Origin: Candidatus Poribacteria bacterium
GTDB lineage: Bacteria; Poribacteria; WGA-4E; WGA-3G
DNA length: 64,000 nucleotides
NCBI GenBank assembly: GCA_003635315.1
Contig: PYJD01000040.1
Span: forward strand, 65,276-129,275
Direction of reading: 5' to 3'
Of the stretch, positions 8,088 through 19,131 are shown one piece after another (the stretch's first letter is position 1; every line of letters begins with the position of its first letter). The position numbers and the translations under genes were made by a program. The notes below the pieces were generated by a model, which searched no databases, was not told where the DNA came from, and saw nothing but the letters and a program-made list of their open reading frames with translations.

Positions 8088-10535
8088 ATGATTCCTATCG
8101 TAGAACAAGCCTTAGAATACGATAAAGTCAAAGTACTCCTAAAAAAACATACTGTCTCAGAGATGGGAAATATTCGGGTTGAGAACCTTTCCCCCTCTAA
8201 GTCTCTGGACTTAATTCGTCACGATTTGACACTATGTTCAGAGGTTAAGAAATTTCAACAACGTTGTGGAGACATTCCTTTAACAGGATTATCAGATATC
8301 AGCAAGACGCTAATCCATGCTTCTAAAACGGGTACGATTTTAGATCCAGAAGAACTTCTAAATATTGCTAAAGTTGCTCAACTCCCCTCTCAAATAAAGA
8401 AAAAGACTTATAATCAAAACCAAGATGAATTCCCATACTTTTTTGATATTGTTAGAACTCTCCCATCGTTCGACGAACTTGTTGACACCATCAACAATTG
8501 TATTAGTATGGAAGGTATTTTACTTGACCGTGCAAGTAAAGAACTCCGCTCTATCCGTCAAAGACTCAGAAAAATACGTACAAATATACATGATAAGTTA
8601 GAGACAATTCTCCGTTCACCAGATCATCAAAAATCAATTCAAGAATCTGTCATCACATCCCGAAATAATCGATTCGTTATTCCAATCAAGCAAGATGCAA
8701 GGGCATTTTTCAACGGGGTTGTCCAAGGGCAATCCACCAGTGGCGCAACTTGCTTTATTGAACCATTATCCGTCGTTGAAATGAATAACTCATTACATGA
8801 TGCAACCGAAGCAGAACAACGTGAGATACGACGGATATTACTTGAACTAACTGACCAACTACGCGAACAATTACCAGAGCTTGAGCAAGCACTTAATCTA
8901 CTTGGCGATCTTGATTTCCTTAGTGCAAAAGCACGTTTCAGTCAAGAACTCAATGCCATTGAACCAAAAATAAATAAAGAAGGAAATGTTAATCTAATAA
9001 AAGCAAGGCATCCGCTACTGGAATTTCAAACGCGCCAAAACAGAGAATCTATACAGAAATCTGATGATCACATTACATCTGATGAAAAACAAAAATCAAA
9101 ATTACCCGAAAGGGTGATACCAACTAACGTTCATATAGGGAGAGATTTTAATACACTCGTAATTACGGGTCCGAATACTGGTGGAAAAACTGTTGTATTA
9201 AAAACTATCGGCTTACTTTGTATGATGCTACAATCTGGCCTTCACATCCCTGCTGCTCCAAATAGTGAACTACCTATTTTTGACCATATATTTGCAGATA
9301 TTGGTGATGACCAAGGGATCGAACATAATCTCAGTACTTTCTCATCACATATATCCAAAATAGCAGATATGCTGAAATCCATTGAAGAATCGGAATCAAC
9401 CAGTTCCTTAGTTCTGTTAGATGAAATCGGAGCAGGAACTGACCCAACTGAGGGTACTGCTCTTGGCATGGCAATTCTCTCTTGGCTATCTGAACGAAAT
9501 GTTAGCACAATTGTTACTACACATTATGGTGCTCTAAAAGCATTTACGCATACTCATCATAAGATGGAGAATGCATCTATGGAGTTTGATTCAACTACAC
9601 TCCGACCTACATATCATCTGAAGATCGGAGTTCCCGGTAGTAGCAACGCAATTAAGATTGCTGAACAACTCGGTATACCTAATAGTATTCTATCATCCGC
9701 TGAATCATTTTTTGGAAATAATAATATTGCTGTTGAAGATCTACTAATGGAATTACAGGGAACACAACAGGATTTAGAGACAGAACGCGAAGAGTTACAT
9801 GAAAAGATTAAAGCCTGTGAATCAGAACATCAGAAATATAGAGAACTAATTAATGCTTTTGATTCGGATCAAAAGACTATCCAAGAAGAAGCTGAAAAGG
9901 AAGCGTTCGAAATAATCTCATCTGCTCGGAAAACTGTTGATAACGTCGTTTCTGACATTCGACGTGAGCAAGCCTCCAAAGCAAGTATTCGGGAGGCGTT
10001 TAACAAAATTGAAAATGCAAAAAAACAGCTTAAACCTGATCCTCCTGAAATACCAAAAACAAGAAAAATACCCATTTTAAACATTGGAGACAAGGTACGA
10101 ATCATAAGGCTAAACCGATTCGGTGAGGTAACTGCTATTGCTAAACAAGGACAAACCCCTATACGCATCAGTGTCGGTAAAATGCAGATGAATCTTTCAT
10201 ATAACGACATAGATAACGTTATATCTAAAAAAGAATCACGACATCTTACCCCTTCTGTTCTTGAGTTACAACATAACAAGGCTAATGAAATAAAAGAAGA
10301 GCTTTATATCCATGGTATGCTTGTTAAAGAAGGTTTAGATTTAACTGATAAATATCTGGATGATGCTTATCTTGCCGGATTATTAAAGGTCAGAATTCTT
10401 CATGGAAAAGGCACTGGGGCATTAAGGAGTGCAATCCATCAAGCATTAAATGAAAACCCTCATGTGGGTGATTATGAATATGCCCCACCAAGTGAAGGTG
10501 GCGAAGGTGTGACAGTCGTAAAGTTCAAAGAATAA
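8088..10535 (+). CDS. mutS2: endonuclease MutS2
   Basis: 815 aa. It has the MutS ABC ATPase Walker A 'GPNTGGKTVVLKT', the 'LLDEIGAGTDPTEG' motif and a C-terminal Smr domain (LHGKGTGALRSAIHQAL). Confidence 0.9.
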   Translation: MIPIVEQALEYDKVKVLLKKHTVSEMGNIRVENLSPSKSLDLIRHDLTLCSEVKKFQQRCGDIPLTGLSDISKTLIHASKTGTILDPEELLNIAKVAQLPSQIKKKTYNQNQDEFPYFFDIVRTLPSFDELVDTINNCISMEGILLDRASKELRSIRQRLRKIRTNIHDKLETILRSPDHQKSIQESVITSRNNRFVIPIKQDARAFFNGVVQGQSTSGATCFIEPLSVVEMNNSLHDATEAEQREIRRILLELTDQLREQLPELEQALNLLGDLDFLSAKARFSQELNAIEPKINKEGNVNLIKARHPLLEFQTRQNRESIQKSDDHITSDEKQKSKLPERVIPTNVHIGRDFNTLVITGPNTGGKTVVLKTIGLLCMMLQSGLHIPAAPNSELPIFDHIFADIGDDQGIEHNLSTFSSHISKIADMLKSIEESESTSSLVLLDEIGAGTDPTEGTALGMAILSWLSERNVSTIVTTHYGALKAFTHTHHKMENASMEFDSTTLRPTYHLKIGVPGSSNAIKIAEQLGIPNSILSSAESFFGNNNIAVEDLLMELQGTQQDLETEREELHEKIKACESEHQKYRELINAFDSDQKTIQEEAEKEAFEIISSARKTVDNVVSDIRREQASKASIREAFNKIENAKKQLKPDPPEIPKTRKIPILNIGDKVRIIRLNRFGEVTAIAKQGQTPIRISVGKMQMNLSYNDIDNVISKKESRHLTPSVLELQHNKANEIKEELYIHGMLVKEGLDLTDKYLDDAYLAGLLKVRILHGKGTGALRSAIHQALNENPHVGDYEYAPPSEGGEGVTVVKFKE

Positions 10536-10561
10536 TATAGGATAACTGGGTAAAACGATAA

Positions 10562-12409
10562 ATGGCAACTAACCACTATATTCCACCAGAAACTATTGAT
10601 GAAATTCGTACCAGCAACAATATTGTGGATGTTATATCCGATTGTGGTGTACAATTAAAACAGGCTGGAAGGAATTATCAAGCACTATGTCCATTTCACG
10701 ATGAAAAAACACCCTCCTTTTCTGTTTCTCCTGAAAAGCAAATATTCTACTGTTTTGGTTGTCAAACTGGTGGTAATGTCATAAGTTTTGTGCAGAAACA
10801 TGAAGGAAAAAACTTCATCGAAACAATAAAATGGCTTGCAGATCGTGCCAACATATCATTACCTGAACGTGATTCAAAATCAAATGATAGACAGAAACTG
10901 ATAAATCGTCTCAGTGAATTAAATGCATTTGCAATTAAATATTATCATGAACTGCTCCGCACCGGTCAACATAGTCAACAAGCACGTGAATATCTAAAAA
11001 ACCGTGGTGTTATTTCACAGACAATTAACCATTTCCAAATCGGGTATGCGAAGCAACAGAGACAAGATATTGTTAAAGCTGCAAAACACGAAGGATATTC
11101 AATACAACAATTGTTAGATGTTGGATTAATTAAAAACGAAGACTTAGGTCCACAGGATAGGTTTTGGAATCGGATTCTATTTCCAATACATAATGCACAA
11201 GGCACACCAGTTGGATTCGGGGGAAGATCTTTATCTGAAGAACACCAACCAAAGTATCTTAATTCACCCGCTACTATCTTATATGACAAGAGTAAAATCC
11301 TATACAACCTGGATAAGGCAAGACAATCTATATCAAGGAAACAGTCTGCTCTTCTCGTTGAGGGGTATATGGATGTAATTATGCTACATCAACATGGGAT
11401 TGAGAATGTGATTGCATCATCAGGTACATCTCTGAGTCAAGAGCACGCATTTCTCTTGAGACGTTTTACCCCAGATGTAGTCATTGTTTTTGATGGTGAC
11501 AGTTCAGGTCTAAAGGCAGCTCAACGTGGACTACACTGTTTAGTCGGTAAAGGTATCCGTGTTCGCATTGCCTTAATACCTGATGGTGGTGATCCAGATT
11601 CTTTTGTCAAAGAACACGGTGCTGATGAATTTGATAAACTCATTGATAAAGCTATAAACCTAATTGAATTCCAAATTCAATCTGCTATACAGGGGAATAA
11701 TATTCGTAATCCAGAAGTTAAATCACAAGTCATGAAAGATACATGTGAAATACTTGTTAATATTCAGAACCCAGTTGAACGCGCAGAATATGTGAAATAT
11801 GCCGTAAAAGAACTTGATATAGACGAAGGATTAATTTGGCGAGAATTGCGTAAATCAGGATTAAAAGATACACCCATCCCTCGAAAATTTAACCAACAGA
11901 AGATAAAAGATAAAAAGTTATCACCCCGCGAACAAATCGAACTTCAATTCGTCCAATCCTTAATCCATGCTCCTGAACATATTCGGACTGTTAGACAAGA
12001 ATTTGATATCAACGATATACAAGATCCTCTACTCGCAAGAATCATGCAAATACTATGGGATGCAGCAGAGACAAATGAAGATGTTGATATACAACAACTC
12101 ATAAATACTATTGAAGATGAGAAATTAAGTGGTTTTATAACCAACACACTTCTTAACAAGAAGGATATTCCAAACTACTATACACGGATTCAAGGTTGTA
12201 TTGTTAAGTTGAAAACCTACCTTATTCAAGATATTGAGCGACAAGTACGAAGTTCATCACAGTCAGGTGATAATGATCTTGATACACTCAAGGAATTAGT
12301 TGACATTTCAAATAGAAGACGAAATTATGTTCAAGAGAAACAATCTGAACAAAAAGAAAATATGAATAAGTCTGAGATAGCAACGGATACACCCGTAAAT
12401 TCTAAGTAA
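10562..12409 (+). CDS. dnaG: DNA primase
   Basis: 615 aa. It has the CHC2 zinc finger 'CPFHDEKTPSFSV...CFGCQTGGN' and a Toprim domain 'LVEGYMDVI...VFDGDSSG'. Confidence 0.9.
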   Translation: MATNHYIPPETIDEIRTSNNIVDVISDCGVQLKQAGRNYQALCPFHDEKTPSFSVSPEKQIFYCFGCQTGGNVISFVQKHEGKNFIETIKWLADRANISLPERDSKSNDRQKLINRLSELNAFAIKYYHELLRTGQHSQQAREYLKNRGVISQTINHFQIGYAKQQRQDIVKAAKHEGYSIQQLLDVGLIKNEDLGPQDRFWNRILFPIHNAQGTPVGFGGRSLSEEHQPKYLNSPATILYDKSKILYNLDKARQSISRKQSALLVEGYMDVIMLHQHGIENVIASSGTSLSQEHAFLLRRFTPDVVIVFDGDSSGLKAAQRGLHCLVGKGIRVRIALIPDGGDPDSFVKEHGADEFDKLIDKAINLIEFQIQSAIQGNNIRNPEVKSQVMKDTCEILVNIQNPVERAEYVKYAVKELDIDEGLIWRELRKSGLKDTPIPRKFNQQKIKDKKLSPREQIELQFVQSLIHAPEHIRTVRQEFDINDIQDPLLARIMQILWDAAETNEDVDIQQLINTIEDEKLSGFITNTLLNKKDIPNYYTRIQGCIVKLKTYLIQDIERQVRSSSQSGDNDLDTLKELVDISNRRRNYVQEKQSEQKENMNKSEIATDTPVNSK

Positions 12410-12428
12410 AATAAAGGAGAACTAAGCT

Positions 12429-14036
12429 GTGGACTTAGAAACAACCCACCCACTTGATATAACAGAATCGGATAACAGCGATCAAATTGAAATAGATGAG
12501 TTAATCGATTTACCCCCAGGGGAAGTAAGTGAACGAGAGGATCTAATTAAGGTGTATTTACGAGATATGGGTAAAATACCGTTGCTTGATAAGGATATGG
12601 AAATCGAATTATCTCAACAAATTGAGACCGGTCACCAACAAGTACAAGAAGCAACATTTACTACTCGATTAGCAATCTCAGAAGTAAGAAAATTATTATA
12701 TAAAATCATAATTGCAAAAAAACGTGCTTCTGATCTCATTGATATGAGGGTCACAAGCAATTCCACACGTGATAAAGAACGAAAACTTCGGAATAAGGTT
12801 GAAAAGACTATGCGTGTGATTGAAGAACTGGAATTGGAGTATCTGAATGCTGCAAAGAATTCTATTAAAGATAACTCTAACGTAGAACTTCAAGCAATTG
12901 ACAATCACTCTACTTTTATCGAGCACATTGAACAATTGAAGATTGACCGTGAAGAAATAAGTAAAATTTCTGGTCAAGTAAAAGATGTTGAACGAAACAT
13001 TAGTGACCGCGAACAAGCTATTTTACGCCTTCAAAGAGAACATGAGATCTCACCTGAATGGTCTAATGGAAGGATTGATGTCAATAATCAGAAATTTAAT
13101 TCTGATTCTGCAAAACAAGCATATGTACAAATAGTACGATATGAACGTGAAATACAACAATATCTCAACACAATCGGTATATCACGGGATTCTCTCCAAA
13201 GTATTACAAAACAGATTTGTGTTGGGGAAGCAAATGCACAAGATGCAAAAATGGCTATTGTTGAAGCAAATCTTCGATTGGTTGTTAGTATTGCGAAGAA
13301 ATATAGACATCAAGCTCCCGGTCTTGAATTTCTTGATTTAATTCAAGAAGGTAACATTGGATTAATGCGCGCTGTGGATAAATTTGACTATCAGAGAGGA
13401 TTTAAATTCAGTACGTATGCAACATGGTGGATTCGTCAGAGTATTACTCGCGCCATAGCTGACCAAGGACGAACAATACGGATTCCTGTACATATGCACG
13501 AAAGAATCAATAAGATGCGACGCGCAGAACGGTCCTTACTCCAAGAAATTGGGCGACGACCTACACCCGAAGAAATTGCTGATGATATGGGTATACCACC
13601 AGAAAAAGTTCGCGAAGTATTAAGAATCGTGCCGGAAACGGTTTCACTCGAAACACCTATTGGTGATGACGACGATGATAGTCAATTAGCGGATTTCATT
13701 GAGGATGCAAGTGTATTATCCCCTTCAACTGAAGCTGAACTCAGCATCTTAAAAGAACGTATACAAGAAGCACTCACTGATCTGTCTGAAAGAGAACGGG
13801 AAGTAATTGTGCTTAGGTTTGGAATTGAAGATGATTCCGTGAATCCGCTGTTATCTGAGCAAACTCGTCAACGAATAGCAGAATTATGTATCACTACTGG
13901 ATACCCTAAAACACTCGAAGAAGTTGGTGTCGTTTTTGATGTGACGAGAGAACGTATACGGCAAATTGAGGCAAAGGCTCTTCGAAAATTACGTCATCCT
14001 GTCCGGAGCCATCGACTTCGTGGATTCATTGAGTAG
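12429..14036 (+). CDS. rpoD: RNA polymerase primary sigma factor (sigma-70)
   Basis: 535 aa with a GTG start after 'aaggag'. It has regions 1.2-4: '[19 protein letters not shown]', '[15 protein letters not shown]' and the region 4 HTH '[29 protein letters not shown]'. It follows dnaG as in the conserved dnaG-rpoD operon. Confidence 0.9.
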   Translation: MDLETTHPLDITESDNSDQIEIDELIDLPPGEVSEREDLIKVYLRDMGKIPLLDKDMEIELSQQIETGHQQVQEATFTTRLAISEVRKLLYKIIIAKKRASDLIDMRVTSNSTRDKERKLRNKVEKTMRVIEELELEYLNAAKNSIKDNSNVELQAIDNHSTFIEHIEQLKIDREEISKISGQVKDVERNISDREQAILRLQREHEISPEWSNGRIDVNNQKFNSDSAKQAYVQIVRYEREIQQYLNTIGISRDSLQSITKQICVGEANAQDAKMAIVEANLRLVVSIAKKYRHQAPGLEFLDLIQEGNIGLMRAVDKFDYQRGFKFSTYATWWIRQSITRAIADQGRTIRIPVHMHERINKMRRAERSLLQEIGRRPTPEEIADDMGIPPEKVREVLRIVPETVSLETPIGDDDDDSQLADFIEDASVLSPSTEAELSILKERIQEALTDLSEREREVIVLRFGIEDDSVNPLLSEQTRQRIAELCITTGYPKTLEEVGVVFDVTRERIRQIEAKALRKLRHPVRSHRLRGFIE

Positions 14037-14126
14037 TAATGAATCATATACTTAGCCTTGTTTAACACATTACTCTATAAAAATTCTTGAATTTTAATTA
14101 TATGGAAGGTATAATTAAGATAGTGA

Positions 14127-14199
14127 GGGTCCATAGCTCAGTGGTCAGAGCCGTCGGCTCATAACCGACTGGTCCTAGGTTCGAGTCCTAGTGGGCCCA
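14127..14199 (+). tRNA. tRNA-Met (anticodon CAT; elongator type or Ile2-lysidine type)
   Basis: Acceptor GGGTCCA/TGGGCCC with a G1-C72 pair (not initiator-like), anticodon loop CTCATAA, T-arm GGTTCGAGTCC. Confidence 0.85.
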
Positions 14200-14210
14200 C
14201 TTTCTTTTTT

Positions 14211-14283
14211 GGGGCGTTAGCTCAGGGGTACGAGCGCTACCTTCACACGGTAGAAGTCACTGGTTCAAATCCAGTACGCCCCA
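14211..14283 (+). tRNA. tRNA-Val (anticodon CAC)
   Basis: Acceptor GGGGCGT/ACGCCCC, anticodon stem ctacc/ggtag with loop TTCACAC, T-arm ACTGGTTCAAATCCAGT. Confidence 0.85.
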
Positions 14284-14339
14284 TTGTCAAGGAAATACCC
14301 CGATTACCCCCTTACTATATCTTCCCAGGGTTACAACCA

Positions 14340-14849
14340 ATGAAAAAGCGAATTAATCCAATCTTTAATGTTCAATGGGGTCAAGTGATTGGATTTTTCG
14401 TAATATACATACTTTTATCTATATTTGATATTCATTCTATAATTGGTATTAATGAAATCATTCTTGTTATCTCTATGGGAATCTTACATAATATAGTTAG
14501 ATTTATATGGAATAGTAAAATATCTGGTACTATATATGGTAAGGTTACCTATGAAAAAAAAGATATCCTATCTGATGTCAAGAGTGATATCAAAATTACA
14601 TGTGGCATATTAGATAAAAAGGAACATTATAGTCAAGCTATAACTAATTCAAAGGGTGAATTCCGATTTGATCAAAATGTTCCTTTAGGATCTAAGCTGA
14701 GAATCACAGCAAATATGGGTGATCAAGAAATAACCCATACTGTTGATGAGATAGAGGGTGTAAGGTGGTTATTTGGGATAAAGTATTTTGGTTTACCTAT
14801 ATCCACAGGTAATTCCAAACGTGTTGATTTTACAATTCAACCTGAATAG
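14340..14849 (+). CDS. membrane-anchored hypothetical protein with a carboxypeptidase-regulatory-like (CarbopepD_reg) beta-sandwich
   Basis: 169 aa with N-terminal TM helices. 'ISGTIYGKV...TNSKGEFRFDQNVPLGSKLRITA' resembles CarboxypepD_reg domains. Confidence 0.45.
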   Translation: MKKRINPIFNVQWGQVIGFFVIYILLSIFDIHSIIGINEIILVISMGILHNIVRFIWNSKISGTIYGKVTYEKKDILSDVKSDIKITCGILDKKEHYSQAITNSKGEFRFDQNVPLGSKLRITANMGDQEITHTVDEIEGVRWLFGIKYFGLPISTGNSKRVDFTIQPE

Positions 14850-15237
14850 AATATTTTATTCAGTAGATTGGATAGTTGAAAATTTGTATACTATTGATAC
14901 GAACTTCACATTCATGTTCCACCACAAGATTGCAATTTCGTATTCAGTTGGTATACTTTACCATTTAAATTGAACTTGTAAATTACCCAACAATATAAAT
15001 TTGCATGAGCTTGTATCCTGGGTAAAATCTGGCTGGATATGGTTGAAAAGAGAATCTTTACTTCCTACAACTATGATGAGGAGACAGTTAAACAAGTGGT
15101 CTCAACTATATGTCAAACCTATTTTAATGAATTTGACATTGTATGCTGAGATAGGACTAAAACACACAGTTATTTCTCAATTTGCCATTTTAAAGGTTCA
15201 GGATTATTTTACATAAGATAGTATGTAAAGGTCTTAG

Positions 15238-16008
15238 ATGCAAGAATTCAAAATTGGAAATCAGGTATATAAATCCAGGCTACTAATTGGAACAGCAGGA
15301 TATCCGAACTTCCATATTATGACAGAAGCAATATCGGCAAGTGGGGCAGAAATAGCTACTGTTTCAATGCGTAGAGTCAAATTTACTGATTCATCTGGTG
15401 AGAATTTATTTGCACTTCTAAGTGATCGGGGAATTACAATACTCCCAAATACAGCTGGTTGTTTTACAGCAAAGGATGCAATCTTAACAGCACAGCTTGC
15501 ACGAGAAGCTCTTGAAACCCCTTTGATTAAATTGGAAGTTATTGGTGATGATCAGACTCTATTTCCAGATGTGGAACAGTTGCTATCTGCTGCAGACACT
15601 CTCGTAAAGGATGGATTTACTGTTCTCCCCTATTGCAATGATGATCCTATCACATGTAAGAAATTAGAAGATCTTGGCTGTGTCGCTGTTATGCCGTTAG
15701 GGGCACCAATTGGGTCTGGAATGGGGATACGTAATCCATATAACATACAAATAATACGGGATAGTGTTAAGGTTCCGCTTATTGTTGACGCAGGTGTAGG
15801 GACAGCATCAGATGCAGCAATTGCAATGGAATTAGGATGTGATGGTGTATTACTCAACACTGCAGTTGCAAAAGCACACCGACCTGTTCTTATGGCAGAA
15901 GCCATGAAAAAAGCTGTTGAAGCTGGTCGGGCAGCATTCTTAGCAGGTCGAATTCCTCGGAAACTATATGCAACTGCTTCAAGTCCACAAGATGGACTAA
16001 TAGAGTAA
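15238..16008 (+). CDS. thiG: thiazole synthase
   Basis: 256 aa. It has '[10 protein letters not shown]' and '[23 protein letters not shown]...[29 protein letters not shown]', which are ThiG signature regions. Confidence 0.9.
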   Translation: MQEFKIGNQVYKSRLLIGTAGYPNFHIMTEAISASGAEIATVSMRRVKFTDSSGENLFALLSDRGITILPNTAGCFTAKDAILTAQLAREALETPLIKLEVIGDDQTLFPDVEQLLSAADTLVKDGFTVLPYCNDDPITCKKLEDLGCVAVMPLGAPIGSGMGIRNPYNIQIIRDSVKVPLIVDAGVGTASDAAIAMELGCDGVLLNTAVAKAHRPVLMAEAMKKAVEAGRAAFLAGRIPRKLYATASSPQDGLIE

Positions 16009-16035
16009 ATACTATATATCAAAGTATGAGATAAG

Positions 16036-17256
16036 ATGAAGAAAACTAACAATCCTATTTTGATAGGAATAGCTCTATACACACTACTGTTTTCACTTTA
16101 TTGCCAACCTATTGATGCACAATTACAAGATCAATTTGGACAAGATCTTCTTCAACTTGTACCTCCACCACCCCCAAAGACTGATACAGCTAAACTTTCC
16201 ATTGATCCATATATAACAAATACCTTTAATAATCACATTGAACTTGGTTTGAGTGTTGATCCATACACAAGCAGCCTTGCTGGACAAGAAAATCCACAGC
16301 TAATAGGACTAATAAATCGGTTCGGCGTGAATTTTCAAGGGGATTTACCGATTATAGATAAGAAACTGAAAATTAAATTATCTTATTCTCCACAATATGA
16401 AAACTATAATGGAACTGATGGAAAACTTGATGAATTTGATGCCTTTACTGACAGTTCTATTACAGAATTTAGTTATAGTCCATTTTCAAATTCTCCTGAA
16501 ATTACTCTTTCTCACAACCTAAATCGTATGAAAAGAATATTACCTGTCTATAACAATACAGACCGTCTGATTGCTCTTAGATTCGGTCGGTTTTTAGAAT
16601 ACAATCTACGTATTCACAGATTTGATGATGAATCTGAACTCAAAGAGGATTTTCTACTTATTGGTTCTACCAGCCATAGAGCAATAACCCGTCTTCAATT
16701 TGGCTTACTTAGGCAGATGATTGGTAAATTGGACTATTCTATTGAAAATGCCAATTATAAAACAAATCTGAATAATCTTATCTTGGGAATTTCGGGACTT
16801 GAAGAAGGGGAAATAAGGGAGGATTGGCGACATGCTGTTAGTATGAAATTATTACATACATTCACCAAACGAATTGTATTTCAAGAGGAATTCAACCTTT
16901 TTATGAATCGCTCGAATGTAGATTTTTTTAACTTTCAAAGTACAGAAGCCGCATTCAGCACATTCTATAAGTTAGATACAGGAGATTGGTTTCGACTACG
17001 CCTTTCTCAGCTTTGGGTCGTGTTTAAGGGTAGAGGAATACGGGATGCAGAGGGTGCTATTATGGAAAATGCTGGAAATCGTAGTGATAGACAATTCACT
17101 ATTAATACACAGACAAATTGGCGATTCGACGATAATATCTCACTCAATTTAGACTACAAATATACCTATAATGATTCAAATCAGATTGATCCATTATACA
17201 GTTTCTTAGACTATCAACATAGTATATTGAGCGTAACATTACGCGGTAGCTATTAG
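16036..17256 (+). CDS. putative outer-membrane beta-barrel protein (hypothetical)
   Basis: 406 aa. It has the signal peptide 'MKKTNNPILIGIALYTLLFSLYC', alternating amphipathic beta-like segments and a C-terminal aromatic residue (…TLRGSY). Confidence 0.45.
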   Translation: MKKTNNPILIGIALYTLLFSLYCQPIDAQLQDQFGQDLLQLVPPPPPKTDTAKLSIDPYITNTFNNHIELGLSVDPYTSSLAGQENPQLIGLINRFGVNFQGDLPIIDKKLKIKLSYSPQYENYNGTDGKLDEFDAFTDSSITEFSYSPFSNSPEITLSHNLNRMKRILPVYNNTDRLIALRFGRFLEYNLRIHRFDDESELKEDFLLIGSTSHRAITRLQFGLLRQMIGKLDYSIENANYKTNLNNLILGISGLEEGEIREDWRHAVSMKLLHTFTKRIVFQEEFNLFMNRSNVDFFNFQSTEAAFSTFYKLDTGDWFRLRLSQLWVVFKGRGIRDAEGAIMENAGNRSDRQFTINTQTNWRFDDNISLNLDYKYTYNDSNQIDPLYSFLDYQHSILSVTLRGSY

Positions 17257-17311
17257 TATCATCTCTTTCAAAACACCTATTATTAGACTGAGTCTCTATT
17301 GACTCATAAAT

Positions 17312-18847
17312 TCATCTCTCCCGACGTCCTTTGTAAAGTTTTAATCTTCCTTTGGCTTCTATCAGACTATAGCATGCTTCAATTTCCTTAGAGACCTTGT
17401 CGCTATCAGGATCTCCCCATAATAATAGATAATCAACATTGTCTGCATAATCACATAAATCAATTTGCTCAGAACGCCAATGGACAGTTTGTACCCATTC
17501 CTTTTCATTTGTCGGTGTTTCAAATGTTGGTTTGAAATGAACGGGAAAATAGTCGAACTGCACCTCATAGTTTCCAAGATTAATACAACCGTTATCAAGA
17601 CAATAATAATTAGCACCATTAACAAATATACCTACCTTAAGAGACTCTCCACCTGAGTCGAACTGTAGAGGAAGTATGACACTATTATCTTCAACCTTCT
17701 CAACGAATGCATTGAATTCATCTAATTCCGTGTTTAGTCTCTTACAAAGTATACCAATATAGATGATATTCACAACTGCTAACAAGGTTACTACGCCTGT
17801 AAATACTCTCCTCCATCGTGGATTCTCACTTAATCTGAAACATGCCAAGACTAACAACATGGATAGAATCAACAATCTATCGTTCACCCATCCACCTGGA
17901 CCAACGTTATTCGGTAGAATTAGATATAGACAAAACAGAACACAAAATAATACCAGGAAAAGGGTCTGTCCTGTATTCTCCTTGAGTAATTTCATTCTGC
18001 TTTTCCAAAGAGTATAAATTGTCAGAAATAGTATTAATGTAAACACACAATAGGCTATCCAAGATTGATTTTGATTATATGCTACTAACACCTTCATACC
18101 GATCAGGTTTTGTAGTAAACCTCCTATTCGTCCGAAACCAATTTCTGGAAGTCTACCAGATAATAGATCGGATGATGGCAAATATACCAGTAATAGTAAC
18201 GCACCAGGTAAGACTGAACATCCAGTTAGTACGATCTTTTTTAAGTCCCGTCTATAGTGGATTACTGTGAGGAATGCAATAGAGAATAGTACAAAGGCAT
18301 ACGATATTAAATGTGAAAAGTATGTAATTATTATTAATAAATTAATACAGACAATCCTTCTGGTATCCAGATTATCCTTGTATTTCCACCAGAATCCTAA
18401 TGTTAAGAAGAACAGTGGAACACTCACAGCAAAGTTGTAGAACCCCATTAATAGAAGATAGTTATAAATGAATGTAAAACTCAGAATTACCAGAGAATCC
18501 TGGTTTGGTCTCACAACATTCAGAAAATAATGTATAGATACTGGGAATAGGACAACATAGAGACTCAAAAAGACCTTCTCAGCAAATAATGGCGAGAAAA
18601 TATACATTAATAATGTCAACGATATATGTGATAACCAGTTAGGAAATGGGAACCAATGAATGTCGTAGTAATCACTAAACTCAAAATCAGGGTTGTTATA
18701 ATCTGTTATGATGTGGGAGTTGTAGACATGGCTTATTCCATCTTGTGTAGGGAAATATGAGAATAGCCAAATTGGTAATAGATAGAGAAATATCAATACA
18801 CCAATTAACAGATTTGATAACGTGTAATATTTTGAAAGATCTTTCAT
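17312..18847 (-). CDS. polytopic integral membrane protein with C-terminal soluble domain (possible GT-C-like glycosyltransferase, hypothetical)
   Basis: 511 aa with about 10 or more predicted TM helices in the first roughly 330 aa. No confident family assignment. Confidence 0.5.
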   Translation of the reverse strand: MKDLSKYYTLSNLLIGVLIFLYLLPIWLFSYFPTQDGISHVYNSHIITDYNNPDFEFSDYYDIHWFPFPNWLSHISLTLLMYIFSPLFAEKVFLSLYVVLFPVSIHYFLNVVRPNQDSLVILSFTFIYNYLLLMGFYNFAVSVPLFFLTLGFWWKYKDNLDTRRIVCINLLIIITYFSHLISYAFVLFSIAFLTVIHYRRDLKKIVLTGCSVLPGALLLLVYLPSSDLLSGRLPEIGFGRIGGLLQNLIGMKVLVAYNQNQSWIAYCVFTLILFLTIYTLWKSRMKLLKENTGQTLFLVLFCVLFCLYLILPNNVGPGGWVNDRLLILSMLLVLACFRLSENPRWRRVFTGVVTLLAVVNIIYIGILCKRLNTELDEFNAFVEKVEDNSVILPLQFDSGGESLKVGIFVNGANYYCLDNGCINLGNYEVQFDYFPVHFKPTFETPTNEKEWVQTVHWRSEQIDLCDYADNVDYLLLWGDPDSDKVSKEIEACYSLIEAKGRLKLYKGRRER

Positions 18848-19131
18848 AGTTTATCCCTCCAGTTTGGGAAATCATCTAATTATACTTATTCTACTCTAAT
18901 CTTATCATATTTCAACATTATTATATTTCACCATTTGACTTTATTAGAATTCCTTCCTAATAGAATCTGTTCTGCAGGCGGCTTTTCTCGTTATACATGA
19001 TTGTTAGAGATAGTTGAAGATAGGGATTTACCCCGATTACATGTTACTCTAAATCTTGCTATTATCATCAAACTGTGCTAACATTGCTCTATAGATACTA
19101 ACTCATTTACCCGTGGGTTCGATTAAGGAGA

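Noticed and set aside
9242-10279. 88- and 136-aa ORFs antisense to mutS2
   Set aside because: They are Cys/Ser-rich antisense translations of a strongly supported gene. These are typical shadow ORFs.
14290-14310. 12-mer 'taccccgattac' also found at about 19040
   Set aside because: A single shared 12-mer in 64 kb is expected by chance many times. It is not significant.
15001-15237. Possible TPP riboswitch or thiS upstream of thiG
   Set aside because: A 'CUGAGA' hexamer is present, but the other TPP-riboswitch core elements are absent or in the wrong order. The 71-aa ORF lacks the ThiS C-terminal GG and is not ThiS-like.
15630-16082. 150-aa ORF antisense to thiG
   Set aside because: It is the Ala/Gly-rich reverse translation of a conserved gene.
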